A stretch of DNA of 64,000 bases, from NCBI GenBank assembly GCA_010015585.1, contig ML975169.1; one strand, 5' to 3'. This DNA is from Eremomyces bilateralis CBS 781.70 (taxonomy: Eukaryota). The translations under genes were made by a program, and so were the position numbers. The notes below the pieces were generated by a model. That model had not been told where the DNA came from. It saw only the letters and a program-made list of their open reading frames with translations, and searched no databases. Below, piece after piece: positions 12,745 to 25,310 of the stretch (within the stretch, counting starts at the first letter, position 1; every line of letters starts with the position of its first letter).

Positions 12745-13073
12745 GCGACACCTGGGAGCACTTAAAAAGCTCTTTACTCGTTCCACGCCTCATTAGAACA
12801 ATGGCATTCACGATGGTATCCCTAATTTCCCCAGAAATGCTCGTGTTGGAACCGTTTTCTCCCTTGTGCTATGCACCGTATCAAGGGATTGCTGCAGAAT
12901 CCGCCACCATGACGAGCATCCATTCCTTGCACGACCAATGGCAAACAAACACTGCAGGCATTGTATTTATGCCCTCACTGCTCCTATATTCTAATTGACT
13001 CTGTCTAGATTAATATTTAGCTGCAAAAACGCATGAAGCGTGGCTTTCGTTGGTAGACCTCTGCTAGACGATA

Positions 13074-14306
13074 ATGGTGCACATCTGGGATATTAAAGCG
13101 AATGGTGCGACTGTTATACACCAAGGGGGGAACAGTGGTGACCAAATGTCGAATACCGATTATATTTCAATTAGCCCGTCAACAGAAGAAGAGGAGGAAA
13201 ATTGGCCCCTGACCCTCGAGTCGGAAGTGTTCGGCATGGCACCTAGTCAGATCCAAGAGGGGCCGGTTACGAGGGAAATCCGACGACACAAGAGCAGCAA
13301 TCGGATTCATGCCCCTGATGCGACGGTGCTAGAAGTCATGTCCAGATATGACCGAACGGCGAAAGCACTTGGTGCGCAACTGAGCGGCAGATCTGGCACG
13401 GATCAGTCGAGTCGGGGAATCCCGAGCACCAACTCCAATCTAAGCGTCCGATCTGAGACACCAAGCCTGACGTACGATGACATTCCAATTCCTATGAATG
13501 TCCACCTGCAGCGGCGAGGCGAGTGTGTTCGGGAGGCGCGCATGGTTCCTAGACGCGGTCAGCTGCTTCAGTTGCGAGCCTATCCTCGTCGACAGTCAGT
13601 CCCGGCCACGCCTGTGCATTCTAAACACAGAGATTGCACGAGGTCCCCCGATGATCAGACGGAAGCACCACCTACAATGTATTCATGCAGGGCCGCGTCT
13701 GATCCGTCTTCATCTCCCCAGCTCCACATAGAGTACGGTACACCAAGCCCTACCTGGCGGTACTACGAGTGGTGGCATCGCAACCCGGCGTCGAGCCAAT
13801 TGAACGCCATGGCTGGCACACCCACTTACATGATGTCCACTCCAATGGAGTTCCACGGCAGTCCTATGAGTCCTATGGAGCAGGACCATTTCCTTGGCCG
13901 GGGGCGCACGCGATGGACCGGGTCCATGGACGGCCTGCCTCAAGCACAAGCTGGAGTCATGTGGACTCCTGTCACCCCGAGCCCTACCTGGGGCTTCTCA
14001 CGAGAACGGTCTATATCAACCTGTACCGAGGACACTGGCATCTTCAACAGCACCCGGACGGCGCAGTCAAGTACTCCGACTCGGTCAAGTGCTGCCGGAA
14101 GAGACTTGGACTGCCTCGCGACGGGAGGTATGGTCAGTGTTTTTGAGGACGATGATGACGATGAAGAGGCGGGCCTGATTGGCTATCTTAGTGGTAGGAT
14201 GCGGAGTGGAGCGACACTACAGAGAAGGATTCGTGAATTTTTATTCAGCTGGTTATGGGATTGTTGGCCGTGCAGAAGTCGTTTGGGTGAGTGGGACCGT
14301 TGGTAG
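13074..14306 (+). CDS. Hypothetical low-complexity Ser/Pro/Thr-rich protein
   Basis: 410-aa ATG-initiated ORF; no recognised domain; true start uncertain. Confidence 0.5.
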   Translation: MVHIWDIKANGATVIHQGGNSGDQMSNTDYISISPSTEEEEENWPLTLESEVFGMAPSQIQEGPVTREIRRHKSSNRIHAPDATVLEVMSRYDRTAKALGAQLSGRSGTDQSSRGIPSTNSNLSVRSETPSLTYDDIPIPMNVHLQRRGECVREARMVPRRGQLLQLRAYPRRQSVPATPVHSKHRDCTRSPDDQTEAPPTMYSCRAASDPSSSPQLHIEYGTPSPTWRYYEWWHRNPASSQLNAMAGTPTYMMSTPMEFHGSPMSPMEQDHFLGRGRTRWTGSMDGLPQAQAGVMWTPVTPSPTWGFSRERSISTCTEDTGIFNSTRTAQSSTPTRSSAAGRDLDCLATGGMVSVFEDDDDDEEAGLIGYLSGRMRSGATLQRRIREFLFSWLWDCWPCRSRLGEWDRW

Positions 14307-14449
14307 TTAATGAGCCGATGAGGAAATGAATTATGAAACAAATGAGTACTTCTATGTGACGATGATGGAAGAGAAAGCTGTGGCATCCACATCCAATCCA
14401 ACCGTCCATCTGATATGCTACAATTTGGAGATCTCACCTACACATTGAC

Positions 14450-15500
14450 TTAGGGCATGAGAAATGGTCTCACCCAACATGACGTCCCGTTTGGACAAAT
14501 CCCTCTCCGATTCAACCCTTTATCTCTCGGCCCAGTGGGCCCATCACTGAACTTTCGGATTCCCAGCCGCAGGAAATTCCTTTGCCTGGGGTCCGAGTCC
14601 GGGTAGGTCTTGTCGCCCCATCGACCGGTAAAATAAAGCCAGTCCGTCGGCGTCGCACCGTCATAGGAGGCAAAACTCGGCACCTCCCCGTCGAACGTGA
14701 CCGAGTAGCAATACGCTGAGCGCAACGGATCGTACCGCACGCCTTTCTCGGTTTGATCCATGAGAAATCCAAAAGGGAGGTTGACGTGAGGGATAGTGTG
14801 ATCATGGTTGCCTTTCGTGGCATAATTGGCATGCGAGCCGTTGGACGAATAAACAACAGGCTGCCGATAATTGAGACCCTCATCAGCGATGCTTTTAGAA
14901 GAGGGTGCTCACCCTGAAGCCTTCTTTTTCCAAACAGTCGTAGGTAAACGCTTGTCCCATGGCATGTTGGCTGAACCAGACCGCAGTCGGTTTGCCATTT
15001 TTAAAGCGGATCATGCTGTGCTCCCAGTCTCCCACATGAGATCCGAAACTCTGGCCGAATACCATACTTCCTAGGTTGTAGGAGTAGAAGTACATGTAAA
15101 AGGCATCGACTTCATCGTTGCCGCGATCATGGACAATAATTGCTGCTGTTTTCGCATCCAGGGAGCCGCCGTTGGCGTCCAGCTGCGCTCCCTTTAGCCA
15201 CGGCGGGTCCGTTGTGACGTCGTCATTAGACGCCAGGTAGATACTCGATCCCATGCCGTTGAGTCTGCTTAGGGTCTCCAGGTTGGGGGAGAATGCTATG
15301 GGTTCGTAGTTGTGTTTGGGAGAGGTGTTTGCGAGGTGGGCCGCTATGTCGGAAGGCCTGTACGGATCTTTCGAATGGAGATAAACGATCGGTGCTACGA
15401 TCCATTCAGCATACAGCAGCCCGACTAGAAGAGTTATGCACATACCGTAATCCTTGACATATTTTGGCAGCCCTTCAGGCAGGTCATCGATGCTGGCCAT
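14450..15500 (-). CDS. Vps62-related protein, exons 15500-15446, 15394-14913, 14860-14450
   Basis: APIVYLHSKDPYRPSDI, DAFYMYFYSYNLG, HVGDWEHSMIRF, PVVYSSNGSHANYA, WLYFTGRWGD and GPTGP motifs; introns splice in frame. Confidence 0.88.
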
Positions 15501-17125
15501 GGTGAGTAGGAATTCTGGGTCGCTTGAAATCGATAGGATAAATGGATATGACGGGTATAGAATTAATATCAGAAACCCTTGGCTATTTCTAAATTGTTCA
15601 TCCCATGACATTCGCCCCTGCTGGGTTGCTGGACTGCGGTGTGACTGAGTCTTAGTCTCAGTACTATATTGTTAAGTGCAACCGGTTACCATCGGCCATA
15701 TACAGACATCTGGCCATAAATCACATGGATAAGCTGAGGTAAACGCCTCTCTCATGTAGGAATAGAGCAAAGATGGAACAGGCAAGAAAGGGAAGAAATT
15801 TGGGAAGAAGATAATAGGGACATGCTGAACGTGGAATCATGAACCTTTGGGACGCTTGCGACAGCCAGCCGATCTCCTTGCGACGTATAGGTACGTATTG
15901 TTGGTCACGCCAAAGTGAGCATATCGCGATCGAATTGCGAGAATGGCACGAGACTGAAAGGGTATGTGATGATGAGCCCATACATAGCATGACACAATGC
16001 ATAAGGAGACCAACGACTTGGGGGAAACCCTTCAACAATGTCCATTTGAAGGGATCTCCAATTGTTGTATTTCGGAGTGGCGAGATTGCTTTCCATGAGA
16101 ACAGTACCGGTAGCCATGCCTAATTTCTCACAATCGCCTCAACATCGAAAAGGGGCCAATTTGGATGGATGAGACCAGCACGTGTGTGTATGCACAACCC
16201 TCAGCGTGCTCCCACCACATCCAACACCCACCAACGGCCGTACAAGCCGTTTGAGAGCCCACTCCATTCCAACCCCTAGAAAAGCGCTTCAAAATGCCGG
16301 GGACACATTATCTCCAGTATATATCCGATTCCTTACAACACCTAGGCTAGCCACCTTCACTAGCGACTTGTTTTTTACCGTGATCGGAAGGACTGGTCGA
16401 TGAGAGGGGCGTAGCGAGAATGCCGTGAAAGGATGATCGGGTTCTGGTGTGCTCTCGCAAATGCTGCGGCCGCGATAGGGCTACCGTCTGTGCGAATGGT
16501 TGTACCGATGCCCATGAAGAATCTAAACGGGCAGCTCAGTCATGGGTTGATGGAGTAGTGGGAGCGATGGAACATACCCAAACGTGGCGGATGAACCGAC
16601 CATATATTGGCCCAACGTTCTCATCATCCCATTGGGTCCTGGGCCATAGCGGACGATGTTCGTTGCGCCTAATAGACGTCAGGTTATAATCCACCGTCAG
16701 GGTGTTGTGGAGCATGGACGAACCGAAGATGAATCCTATGATGAGACCAACCGCTGGATATCAAGGTCAGAAATTGTGCGAATCATAGAGATGAGCTAGT
16801 CTCACTTCCACCCATCATAGCACCCATCTTGACTGTAGATTTGGATTAGCATGCGGCATGGAACTGGGAACGGAATTGCATACATTTGTCGAACGTCGAC
16901 GGAGCTCCTCCATGCCCGGCTGGAACGCCGGCACCAACTGGCACAGGCATTCTATTCTGGTGGATGAAGGAGAGGTTTGATATAAGGAAGGAATTGAATA
17001 GGAACACGGTAGGTTAGGTATATATGAGAGACTCATCCATTTCATTGAACAATCTCGCCCCTGTCACCTATTCTAGCGACTGCAATCGATGCCGTCGCGA
17101 CCAAAGTTGAGGGACTCTCGCGACC

Positions 17126-17374
17126 CACGTGATAGAATTTTACCGAATATTTGCCAGAGAACTGTCACGTGGCATATGGGACCAATATCACGTGGTGCTT
17201 GTCACGTGGGAAGGGCTTGGCTGTTGAGAGTGAGTTCCTTCATCCTTGACTGTTGAGATTTGAGACTTCAGAGTTCAGGGTCCAGACTTCACGCCTTCAC
17301 GGTCTTCACCTTAGATGAGTCAGCAGTTGAAGTCAGCGAGCTGCGAGTCAGACAATGGGAAGCCATGTCACGTG
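17126..17374. promoter_or_regulatory. Cluster of five RTCACGTG E-boxes plus one TGAGTCA site
   Basis: CACGTG at 17126, 17166, 17189, 17203 and 17369, each in RTCACGTG context on one strand; TGAGTCA at 17316-17322. Lies in the divergent VPS62-like/FHA intergenic region. Confidence 0.55.
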
Positions 17375-18179
17375 CGGAGACGTTAGACCAGTTGTCACTT
17401 TCCTTCGCTTCTCGTGCTGGTGAAGCGGGTGAATAAGAGTCTCTTAAGTGGTGAAATTGTCTGATCTATTCTAACCATGATGATACCCTTTTTGACAGTT
17501 CAATCAAGAAGACTGGTGTAACCGATGTCTGTAATAGTAATACTGTTCGCAGTGTGAACGAGTTGTTCAGATCCTGGAGTGTGACGGGCCAAGCCCTCTG
17601 CCGCTCGCTCACTCTCACAGTCCTCACTCCTCACAGTCTCCCGCTCAGAATCTCCTCCTAATCCATCCCATTCATTCCTTTCTCCTCTCCAGGAAACAAT
17701 CCCTCATCATCCCATCCCTCTGCACCTCCCTACACGACCACCACCCGCCCTGCAATTACCTTAATCCACCCTCATACCATCTATCCTGCTCCTGGGTCCT
17801 TCTGGACATTGGTTTCTGGCCCATTTGCGCCCTTGCAGCCGCTGCAGTGTCCCATCTTGTCCAACACTTCTGTTGAGCAGTCAGCACCTTTGCACACGGA
17901 CCAACTCACACGACCCAGTGGCCGCCCCCCGGTATCATCCCAAGTCTTGTCAACGGCGACGGATTTCTTATGGTGCTGCGATCGAGCAATCCGCTTGCGT
18001 TGTTTATTCGGTTTCGCAAACTGCGCGTCTGGCGCTCCTTGTCGTCCATCTGTGGTTAGGTGGAGAATCGTCAACCACCCAGGACACCCAGGACACCCAG
18101 GACGAGCATCAAGCAGCCATAACCGCCGCAATCCGCATCACTTGGGCTCCGACCCTTCTTTCTCCGCCGTTCTTTGCCC

Positions 18180-20611
18180 ATGACTGCTGTCGCTCCCCCT
18201 CCGAACTTCCAACCGATTCCTCGCGCAGGATGGTCGAGTGCTAATGGTGGTTCCAACGGCCTGAATGCCATGAGCGCCGACGAAGTTTCGCGCATGCTCA
18301 TGCCCCGAAAAAGTGCCCAACGATCCAACTCGACATCGTCCATCACTTCCTCCGCCTCTTCGTCCTCAACTGTCTCCGCTACTGCCGTTCAACCCAACGG
18401 AGTGCTGCCAAATGGCGATTGGAGCGTGCGAAGAAAACCGGGGAAGGGGCTATGGGCTCCTTCCAAAGCCGAGCCTGTATCGGAATTGTCGAATCCGAGA
18501 ATGCAACCCGTAGCATCAACCGCCGGCCCATCTGCTACGTCGAGCATATCGGCTCTACAGCCGCCTTCTATGGTTCCCTCATCGCTTCCACCTTCTCCCC
18601 TCCTCCAACCACATACCGCGACAGGAAAACCGCGGGTCCCAGAACGCGCCGAACACACTCCTATACTCTACCTGACTCCGATGAACGGGACCTTTGAACG
18701 GAAGACCATCACCCTCCCATTCTTTCCGGACGTGGTTCGCATTGGACGGCAAACAAACCAGAAGACTATACCAACCGCGACCAATGGCTACTTCGATTCG
18801 AAAGTGCTGTCGAGGTCACATGCCGAGATCTGGGCGGATCGAAATGGCAAGGTTTTTATTCGCGATATCAAATCGTCCAATGGAACCTTTGTGAACGGTT
18901 CGCGGCTTTCTCCAGAGAATAAAGAATCCGATCCTCACGAGTTGAGGGAGCAAGATGTGCTGGAACTGGGTATCGACATTGTTAGCGATGACCAGAAAAC
19001 CGTCGTCCACCACAAGGTTGCCGCTCGAGTGGAGCATGCAGGTTTCTACAGCACCGCGAACAGCGTGTTAGACCTCAATTTCGGGGACCTCGATCCAAGC
19101 ACGTCGGGCTCTTTGATCAGCCCGTCGCTGGGTCAAACGATTGGGCAGATGCGCGGTCGCTCTGGAAGTCAAGGTTCAATTGGAAATCGCCCAGGCTCGG
19201 CGGCAAGCATGGCGGGGAGTAACATGTCGTATGGCCAACAACGACAACACTTCTGGCTTGCACCCATCACAATGGATCAAATAGTCAAGAAAATCAACGT
19301 GAGTAAATGTGAACTCTCTCAGAAAAACCCTAAACTCATTCGTTTTCACCACAGGCCGAGTTCAAACAAGCCAAACAGCAGTCCACCGATCTGCAAAGAA
19401 CCGGCCAGTATCTCGAGAGTGTTCTTGTTGAACCAAAGAAGGAAGGAAACCGAAGCTCACCGACTGGTCAAAACAAATACATCTCTGTCAAGGGTGATAT
19501 CAAAACTCGATTTTCCGATCCGCCTGCTCCTCCGCCACAACAACCCTTACCCGAGAAACCAGACGTTGCTCGTTCCAGCGCCGACTCCCTACCTCCACCT
19601 CCCCTGCGCCGAACTGACACCGAAAAATCACCACCGAAATCGCCACCGAAGCCACATATGAACGGAGGGCCCTTGCGAGCAGACATGTCCGATAAAGGCG
19701 AGGTTTCCAAACTAGTCGAAGCACTCAATACCGCCAAACGGGAACTGGATAATCAAAACATTCGACTGAAAGACCTTGAAGAGCTTCTCGCGCACGAGCG
19801 GCAGGCGAGGGAGAGTGCCGAAGAACGTGCGCAGAGGCTAGAAATCGAGAAGACTACACACGTGCCATCACCCTCAGCTGAGCCGGACATCGCGACACCG
19901 GAGGTCGATGGAGATATCGATGCTACATCGAAAGAGCAAACGTTGACCGAATCGACCACGAGCGCGGCTCAGGAACCAGACAGCTCCTTGCATTCTCGCC
20001 TTCAACAACGCCTGGAAGCGATGATGTCCGAATTGACTGAAACGAAGAATCAAGCCGAATTGTTCCGCAAGCGTGCCGAAACTGCTGAGAAAGAAAGTGC
20101 CAATGACCGCCAGTCCTTGCAAGAGATGGTCGAAAGGATTCGACGAGAGGACGCCGAGCGAGAGGCCAGAAAAAACGACCCCAAGGACGAGCAACGAAAA
20201 CCGAAGCTCGTCAAACGTCTTAGTGGTGGATCAGGTTGGCTGAAGAGTCCCCTTGAACTCGAAGGAGCCCAGCACGAAGGCAACACCGCGGAGACAGCAA
20301 ACGGAACGCTCATCCACTCACGACCATCATCGTCCAGCTCATCCAAGTCCCTCGAAATTGAAGCCGCCGAAGTTGCTGCCGAAGTGGTGAAGAAAATCGG
20401 GCTTCAGAACGGCTCTGCGCTGACGGCGGGGCACGTCGAGCAGCAGCTGGAGCAGGCGGTGGGCCAGGTGCTGGGGGGCCGGCCCTGGTTGATGAAGGGC
20501 TCCAATTGGGACAATGCCGAAAGCGCTACGCCATACGCGAGCATGCTCGGGGTGGTTCTGATCGGGGTGGGACTGATGGCGTGGATGAACAACTGGCAGA
20601 AAGACCGCTGA
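18180..20611 (+). CDS. VPS64: FHA-domain, coiled-coil, tail-anchored protein (Vps64/Far9, SLMAP, HAM-4/PRO45 type; STRIPAK), intron 19299-19354
   Basis: FHA motifs RIGRQ, NGYFDSKVLSRSHA and DIKSSNGTFVNG; heptad-rich middle region; C-terminal TM segment ASMLGVVLIGVGLMAWMN. Confidence 0.9.
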
Positions 20612-21707
20612 AAGTCATGTGACAGACTTGATGAAATCCAGAAGACCATGGCTGTGCTCTGCGTTGGATACACGATGTTCCCCGCCCGTCCGATGACAGG
20701 TGGATAGGGAGCTACGTGGAAGGGAGGGAGCTTAGTCCTCTTACAGCTCTGAGGAACCTTCGACTCCAACCCGCCGATGAACCAGCGTCGTGGCGTGGCA
20801 AGGCAAACCGAAGATGCTAGCCGACATCGCCGACGTCTACACTAGCCCTAGCCATGCTCGCATGGCTAGATCGGGGCATTAAAAGCTCCATCACTCACTC
20901 CTTTCCCTTTCTTTTCTCATTCTTCTCATTCTTAAGCGGTCCTGCTACTAAATTCGGGCGTCTGCTAGGCATTCTTGGCGTCACGGGGCATACACGAAAC
21001 ACGGCTTTCACGGGAACGTTACTGGGTATTGTTTTCTCACGGGGTGAATTGTCCGATGACTACTTTCATGTACATTGTTGTATGTGCAGATGGACGCTCG
21101 TTGCCACCAACTTTCTTGAATGCGTCCTGGGATGACCTGTCACTTCTTATACCACATCCGAGCTGCAGCGGGCGAGCGTATGAGTACGGTACTTCTAGAA
21201 CTTAAATCATATTATGATATGGATTCATCTCGTGATGTTTCGAGTATCGACCTTATGCTAGGTTGGAGACGTGCCAGTGCCCTTGGATAGTTCTGTTAAC
21301 CTTTGATGTATTCCTACACGCCCCTTATCTACACATATGTACCCACTGGATACGCATACACGGAACTAGAATGCCCTCCTCTATCGTCTTCCCCTTTCTC
21401 TTCTTCTTTTCTTCAGCTTAGCCTTAACCAATCAAGGTATCGATCTGATCTCATTATGCCCTAACGTGGTTCGCTAGCCGTAGAATACGTAGCACTCGTC
21501 GTACTGTCAATGATGAAACTTGACTACATCACCATCCCACACAGAACACCGCTGTTGTTCTTCTCTTTCGGACGTTGCGCAGCCACACCTAGAAGACACC
21601 GTAAACATTTCAACAAGAATCGTCCAGGGAAGAAATTTCACTCATGTAGCAAGATATCACCCACCTTCTCAATCCAAATGAGATGCTTACACACCATGCA
21701 GCGGACA

Positions 21708-22586
21708 TCAGCTCCGACCATGACCATCCAACTCAACGCGGTCGGCTGCATTTATGTCCGAAACCGTGTTCGGACGCTGTACGTAAGTTTCGGGCAACTC
21801 CTTTGCTTGTAGGTTGACTGGAAGCGTGGTGGGGATTTGCTGCCGTCTTTTACTACGCTTCCTCCAGAAATACCATGCGATGAAGAGCACTAGCATTCCA
21901 ATAATGGTAGCAAGGACAGCAATGGCGATGATGGCACCCTGGGGCAAGCCTTGATGTGAAGAACTGCTGCTCGTACCTTCAGACTCGGGTGGTCCCGATC
22001 CCGATGTTGTTGGGATTCCTGGCACTGAAGTGACTGACCCTATTGTTGAAGCGGTCGCCCCGCTGCTAGTGATAGATGTAGCTACCCACTAACGCTCCCA
22101 GTTCCAGTTCCAGTTGCTTGGCTGAGCTGTTCTCCGATTAGTACGTTCACCGTACTGGGAAAGAAGTCCCTACCAAGGTCGATGACATGCTAGACGGTAT
22201 TGGCAGGTTTGGATCCATACAAAGATGACCAACACTGGTCGACCAGGTTCCAATCGTGTCGGCTGGACAACAGAAGTAGTCAGCGAACCTCCACAGCCCC
22301 CAGGAATTGTCGGCGCACGCAGATAGCGCCTGAACGGTGGGTTGGTAGTCCCCAGTCTATGTCTGCTTGGAGGTTCAGTTAGTCCCGAAGCTCGAAAGGC
22401 GCCGAAGCGCGAGATCGATAAAACCTGTCACCTACCACTTGGACACCATACCACTGGAGTATAATGGAAATCTGGGTTAATACAAGTCCATCCAGGAGGG
22501 CAGCAGCTTGCGGACCCGCGTTTGTCGGTCCCTGATGGACAGGGGTTCACCATAAGTCCGAAGCCGCCAAAGGAAGAGTATCCCAT
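21708..22586 (-). pseudogene. Probable pseudogene of a single-pass membrane protein (Cys-rich ectodomain, Ser/Thr stalk, TM)
   Basis: Pieces MGYSSFGG...SCCPPGWTC, LSACADNSWGLWRFADYFCCP, a Ser/Thr-rich stalk and GAIIAIAVLATIIGMLVLFIAWYFWRKR. With the best-looking splice sites there are frame breaks near 22350 and 22085. Confidence 0.55.
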
Positions 22587-22631
22587 CTTTAAACTTGAAA
22601 TCCAATCTGCAGAACAGCAAACAGGTTTAAT

Positions 22632-22658
22632 TTTTCAAGATTTTCAAGATTTTCAAGA
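22632..22658. repeat. Tandem repeat (TTTTCAAGA)x3
   Basis: Three consecutive 9-nt units read directly, in a divergent intergenic region. Confidence 0.85.
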
Positions 22659-22913
22659 AGCAGAACTGGCAGAAGGGTAACCCAGCCCTCAGGTATGAGA
22701 CGAGATCGCAATAATGCAGCCGCCAGCCATAATACTTAAGTTGTTGGTTCTCGGAGACCAAGAGCGCCACAACCTGCACACGGCTACTATATCCTGCATG
22801 CACACTGCCACCACCATGTAGTTACGCAGAACTCACTCCACTCAGCGTGAACAACTTCTCGGCTGATTTTTCTGGCTTTAGAGTTTCGATAGCCACCGCT
22901 TGGATCAATCAAC

Positions 22914-23954
22914 ATGGATTCCAACGACATCGCAGAACCGGGGAAAATGAGGCTGCCGCCAGAGATCCTGATGCAAATCATCGAATCCATTGCGCCGTCC
23001 TCTCACTCTGTCATCCTGCCTGCTACCCATCCGACAACAAAGGCATGGCTGGCATGGTCACTCGTCTGTCATGCGACAAGCTCTGTTGCGGTGAATCTCT
23101 TAAGGAAGCATTGCGTTTACCTCGATTCTCAAAAACGGCTAGGTGACTTTGTGAAGGCCATCTTGCCTGGGTCTCATTTACCGTCCGTACCAGCCCCGGC
23201 GCATTGGCCTCTTCACCCATTCTTGCCACTCCCGGGGCACTGGAATGTCACCGCCATATATCTCGCCCCGGAAGGGACATCGATGAGCGCAATAATTGGA
23301 CGATGGATACGGTATCTATGCTATTCGGTCTACGGCACCCTTCGCAGACTCGTCGTTAATCTACCCTCCCCTATAGCCTTCCCGCTGGAGAACTCCATAG
23401 GCCACCATCCGGTCATTTGGGAGGGGTTCGACCAACTAAGCCAGTTGGAAGAATTCGTGAGCCTTCGCGACGATCTCTACTTCCCGGACCGGAACTGGTC
23501 GCGCTGGTTGCGCTATCCAACATGGACGTATTGGCCGAAGTTAAAGCGTCTCGCGCTTTACAACCTCGACGCGAACTTCAAGTTCTGGCAGGAGATGGCA
23601 GGGTTGGAGATGTTGGAGCAACTGGTCCTCGCTCGTACAAGCAGCATGGTACAAAGAATCTCGTTTACGTCATATACTGGCCTCACTACCAGACCGCTCA
23701 AAGTCGTACTGGCCAATGTGGAATCGGAGCAGCCTCAAGGGCTTCTGGAAGCTCTGGAGCCTCCTTGGGTTGAGCAAGCGACGCCTTTGGATGTCATGGT
23801 ATACGACATTCCTACCTCGTTCTATGGGGATGAAGAGCCGGGCGAGCTGTGCCAGAGCTGGGCTACTTCGCACGCGGTTCAAGGTACGATTTGGGATTGG
23901 CAAGGCGAACATGTCGCTGTCGAATGGAAGGAACAACAAAATACACAGGAGTGA
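22914..23954 (+). CDS. Hypothetical protein with F-box-like N-terminus
   Basis: 346-aa ORF beginning RLPPEILMQIIE, followed by leucine-rich segments (WPKLKRLALYN). Confidence 0.7.
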   Translation: MDSNDIAEPGKMRLPPEILMQIIESIAPSSHSVILPATHPTTKAWLAWSLVCHATSSVAVNLLRKHCVYLDSQKRLGDFVKAILPGSHLPSVPAPAHWPLHPFLPLPGHWNVTAIYLAPEGTSMSAIIGRWIRYLCYSVYGTLRRLVVNLPSPIAFPLENSIGHHPVIWEGFDQLSQLEEFVSLRDDLYFPDRNWSRWLRYPTWTYWPKLKRLALYNLDANFKFWQEMAGLEMLEQLVLARTSSMVQRISFTSYTGLTTRPLKVVLANVESEQPQGLLEALEPPWVEQATPLDVMVYDIPTSFYGDEEPGELCQSWATSHAVQGTIWDWQGEHVAVEWKEQQNTQE

Positions 23955-23969
23955 GATATCCAGTCGACC

Positions 23970-25310
23970 TCAGGGCGCTCTCCCTGCCTGTATCCAAGCT
24001 CCAAATCCAGCGAGCATTCCCACTGATTGCCATTTCCTGCAAAATTTCTCGAGCGCAATATCTCTGCTTCTTGCATATTCGGCTCTCTGGCTACTGTTGA
24101 GCTGTTGACCTTCCACAACGACAGCATGTGAGAGTTTGGCCAGACATATCGGGCACAGATATGGTGGCTGCCGACCGTCTTCCGCCATCCCAGCCGTTCC
24201 CTGCATCGCACATGCGTAGTAAACGCAGTGGTCGAGGCCTAAACAGTGCCCGAGTTCGTGGGATGTCGTACGGACGAGTCGAGTGAGCCAGAGTCCGTGG
24301 AAGTCTTCTTCATTTCGAGGCTGCTTCAAGGTGCTGGCTGCTTCAACTGCTGCCTGAAGCCGCCCCTTTCCACCACTCGTAGCTCTAAGCTCTCCAGGCG
24401 GTGGCAGTGGCAGAATGTCGGATGACTCGCAGCAACTGTCGACATACGCCTTACAGTGCGAAGCCGGCCACATATGAGCGTGGTCAATGCCTTCCATGAG
24501 GTCTAGCGCTGGATGGTATCGCGCAGAGGAGACCACAGCCACACGGCTACCGCCATACGCTCGTCCACAGCAAAAGTCGTCATCTTCATCCTCGTACATA
24601 TCGTGTTCTACAAGGAGGATGATCGCGTACGCATCGCTCGGCAGCATTTCTATCGCTGCGTCTAGGATATCGTTTAAATTCAATTGTCGTTGGAAGACGC
24701 CATCCCGAGAGGGTCTTATTCGGATCTGCACAGCCGAGTCCCCTGTCTGGAGGCCGATTGATCGAGTCGACCCCTTTTCCCATTCCGTGAACTTAAGAGA
24801 CTCCGGAAACTCCTTGACCTGCATCCCATGATAGAAAGCACTAAGATATTCGACCACGTCTTTGAACTCCGGTTGCTTGACCGGCATTGTATTCTTGCCC
24901 TTCCGAGACGCCTGAGGCGGTTTAGCCTTCGCCCACCTTTCCATTTCTGCTGTGAGCTCCGGCGACACCGCTGGCGCCGCGGCGACATACAACGTCTTCT
25001 GATCCTGTGTCACCTTGTTCCGCTCCTTCTCCATGATCCATGAGCGGAAACTTTGCGGCGGGTACCTGGGATCCAAGGCGAGATCGTCGTCTGGTAGCAC
25101 GAGGGGGGCCGGATATGCCGTGGAATCTGCTATTGTATGACATTCCGAGTCCGATTTCGACCCATGCTTTTTCTTTGCACCTGGGACACGTCCAGATGCG
25201 GTTTCTGCAGCGGCACGGCGGTTGGCATCGGCGCGGATGTAACTCGCTTCCTTTGCATGCTCAGATGGTTCCAGTTGAAGATGGGGATGGGTACAGAGTG
25301 GACCGATCAT
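23970..25310 (-). CDS. Archaemetzincin-like zinc metalloprotease (peptidase M54)
   Basis: HELGHCLGLDHC zinc motif followed by CAM (Met-turn) and LCPIC. Confidence 0.88.
   Translation of the reverse strand: MIGPLCTHPHLQLEPSEHAKEASYIRADANRRAAAETASGRVPGAKKKHGSKSDSECHTIADSTAYPAPLVLPDDDLALDPRYPPQSFRSWIMEKERNKVTQDQKTLYVAAAPAVSPELTAEMERWAKAKPPQASRKGKNTMPVKQPEFKDVVEYLSAFYHGMQVKEFPESLKFTEWEKGSTRSIGLQTGDSAVQIRIRPSRDGVFQRQLNLNDILDAAIEMLPSDAYAIILLVEHDMYEDEDDDFCCGRAYGGSRVAVVSSARYHPALDLMEGIDHAHMWPASHCKAYVDSCCESSDILPLPPPGELRATSGGKGRLQAAVEAASTLKQPRNEEDFHGLWLTRLVRTTSHELGHCLGLDHCVYYACAMQGTAGMAEDGRQPPYLCPICLAKLSHAVVVEGQQLNSSQRAEYARSRDIALEKFCRKWQSVGMLAGFGAWIQAGRAP

Noticed and set aside
18076..18103. (ACCCAGGAC)x3 and the ATTCAGCTAA repeats near 2511-2533
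   Set aside because: Short slippage-type repeats in leader or promoter DNA with no further support for function.
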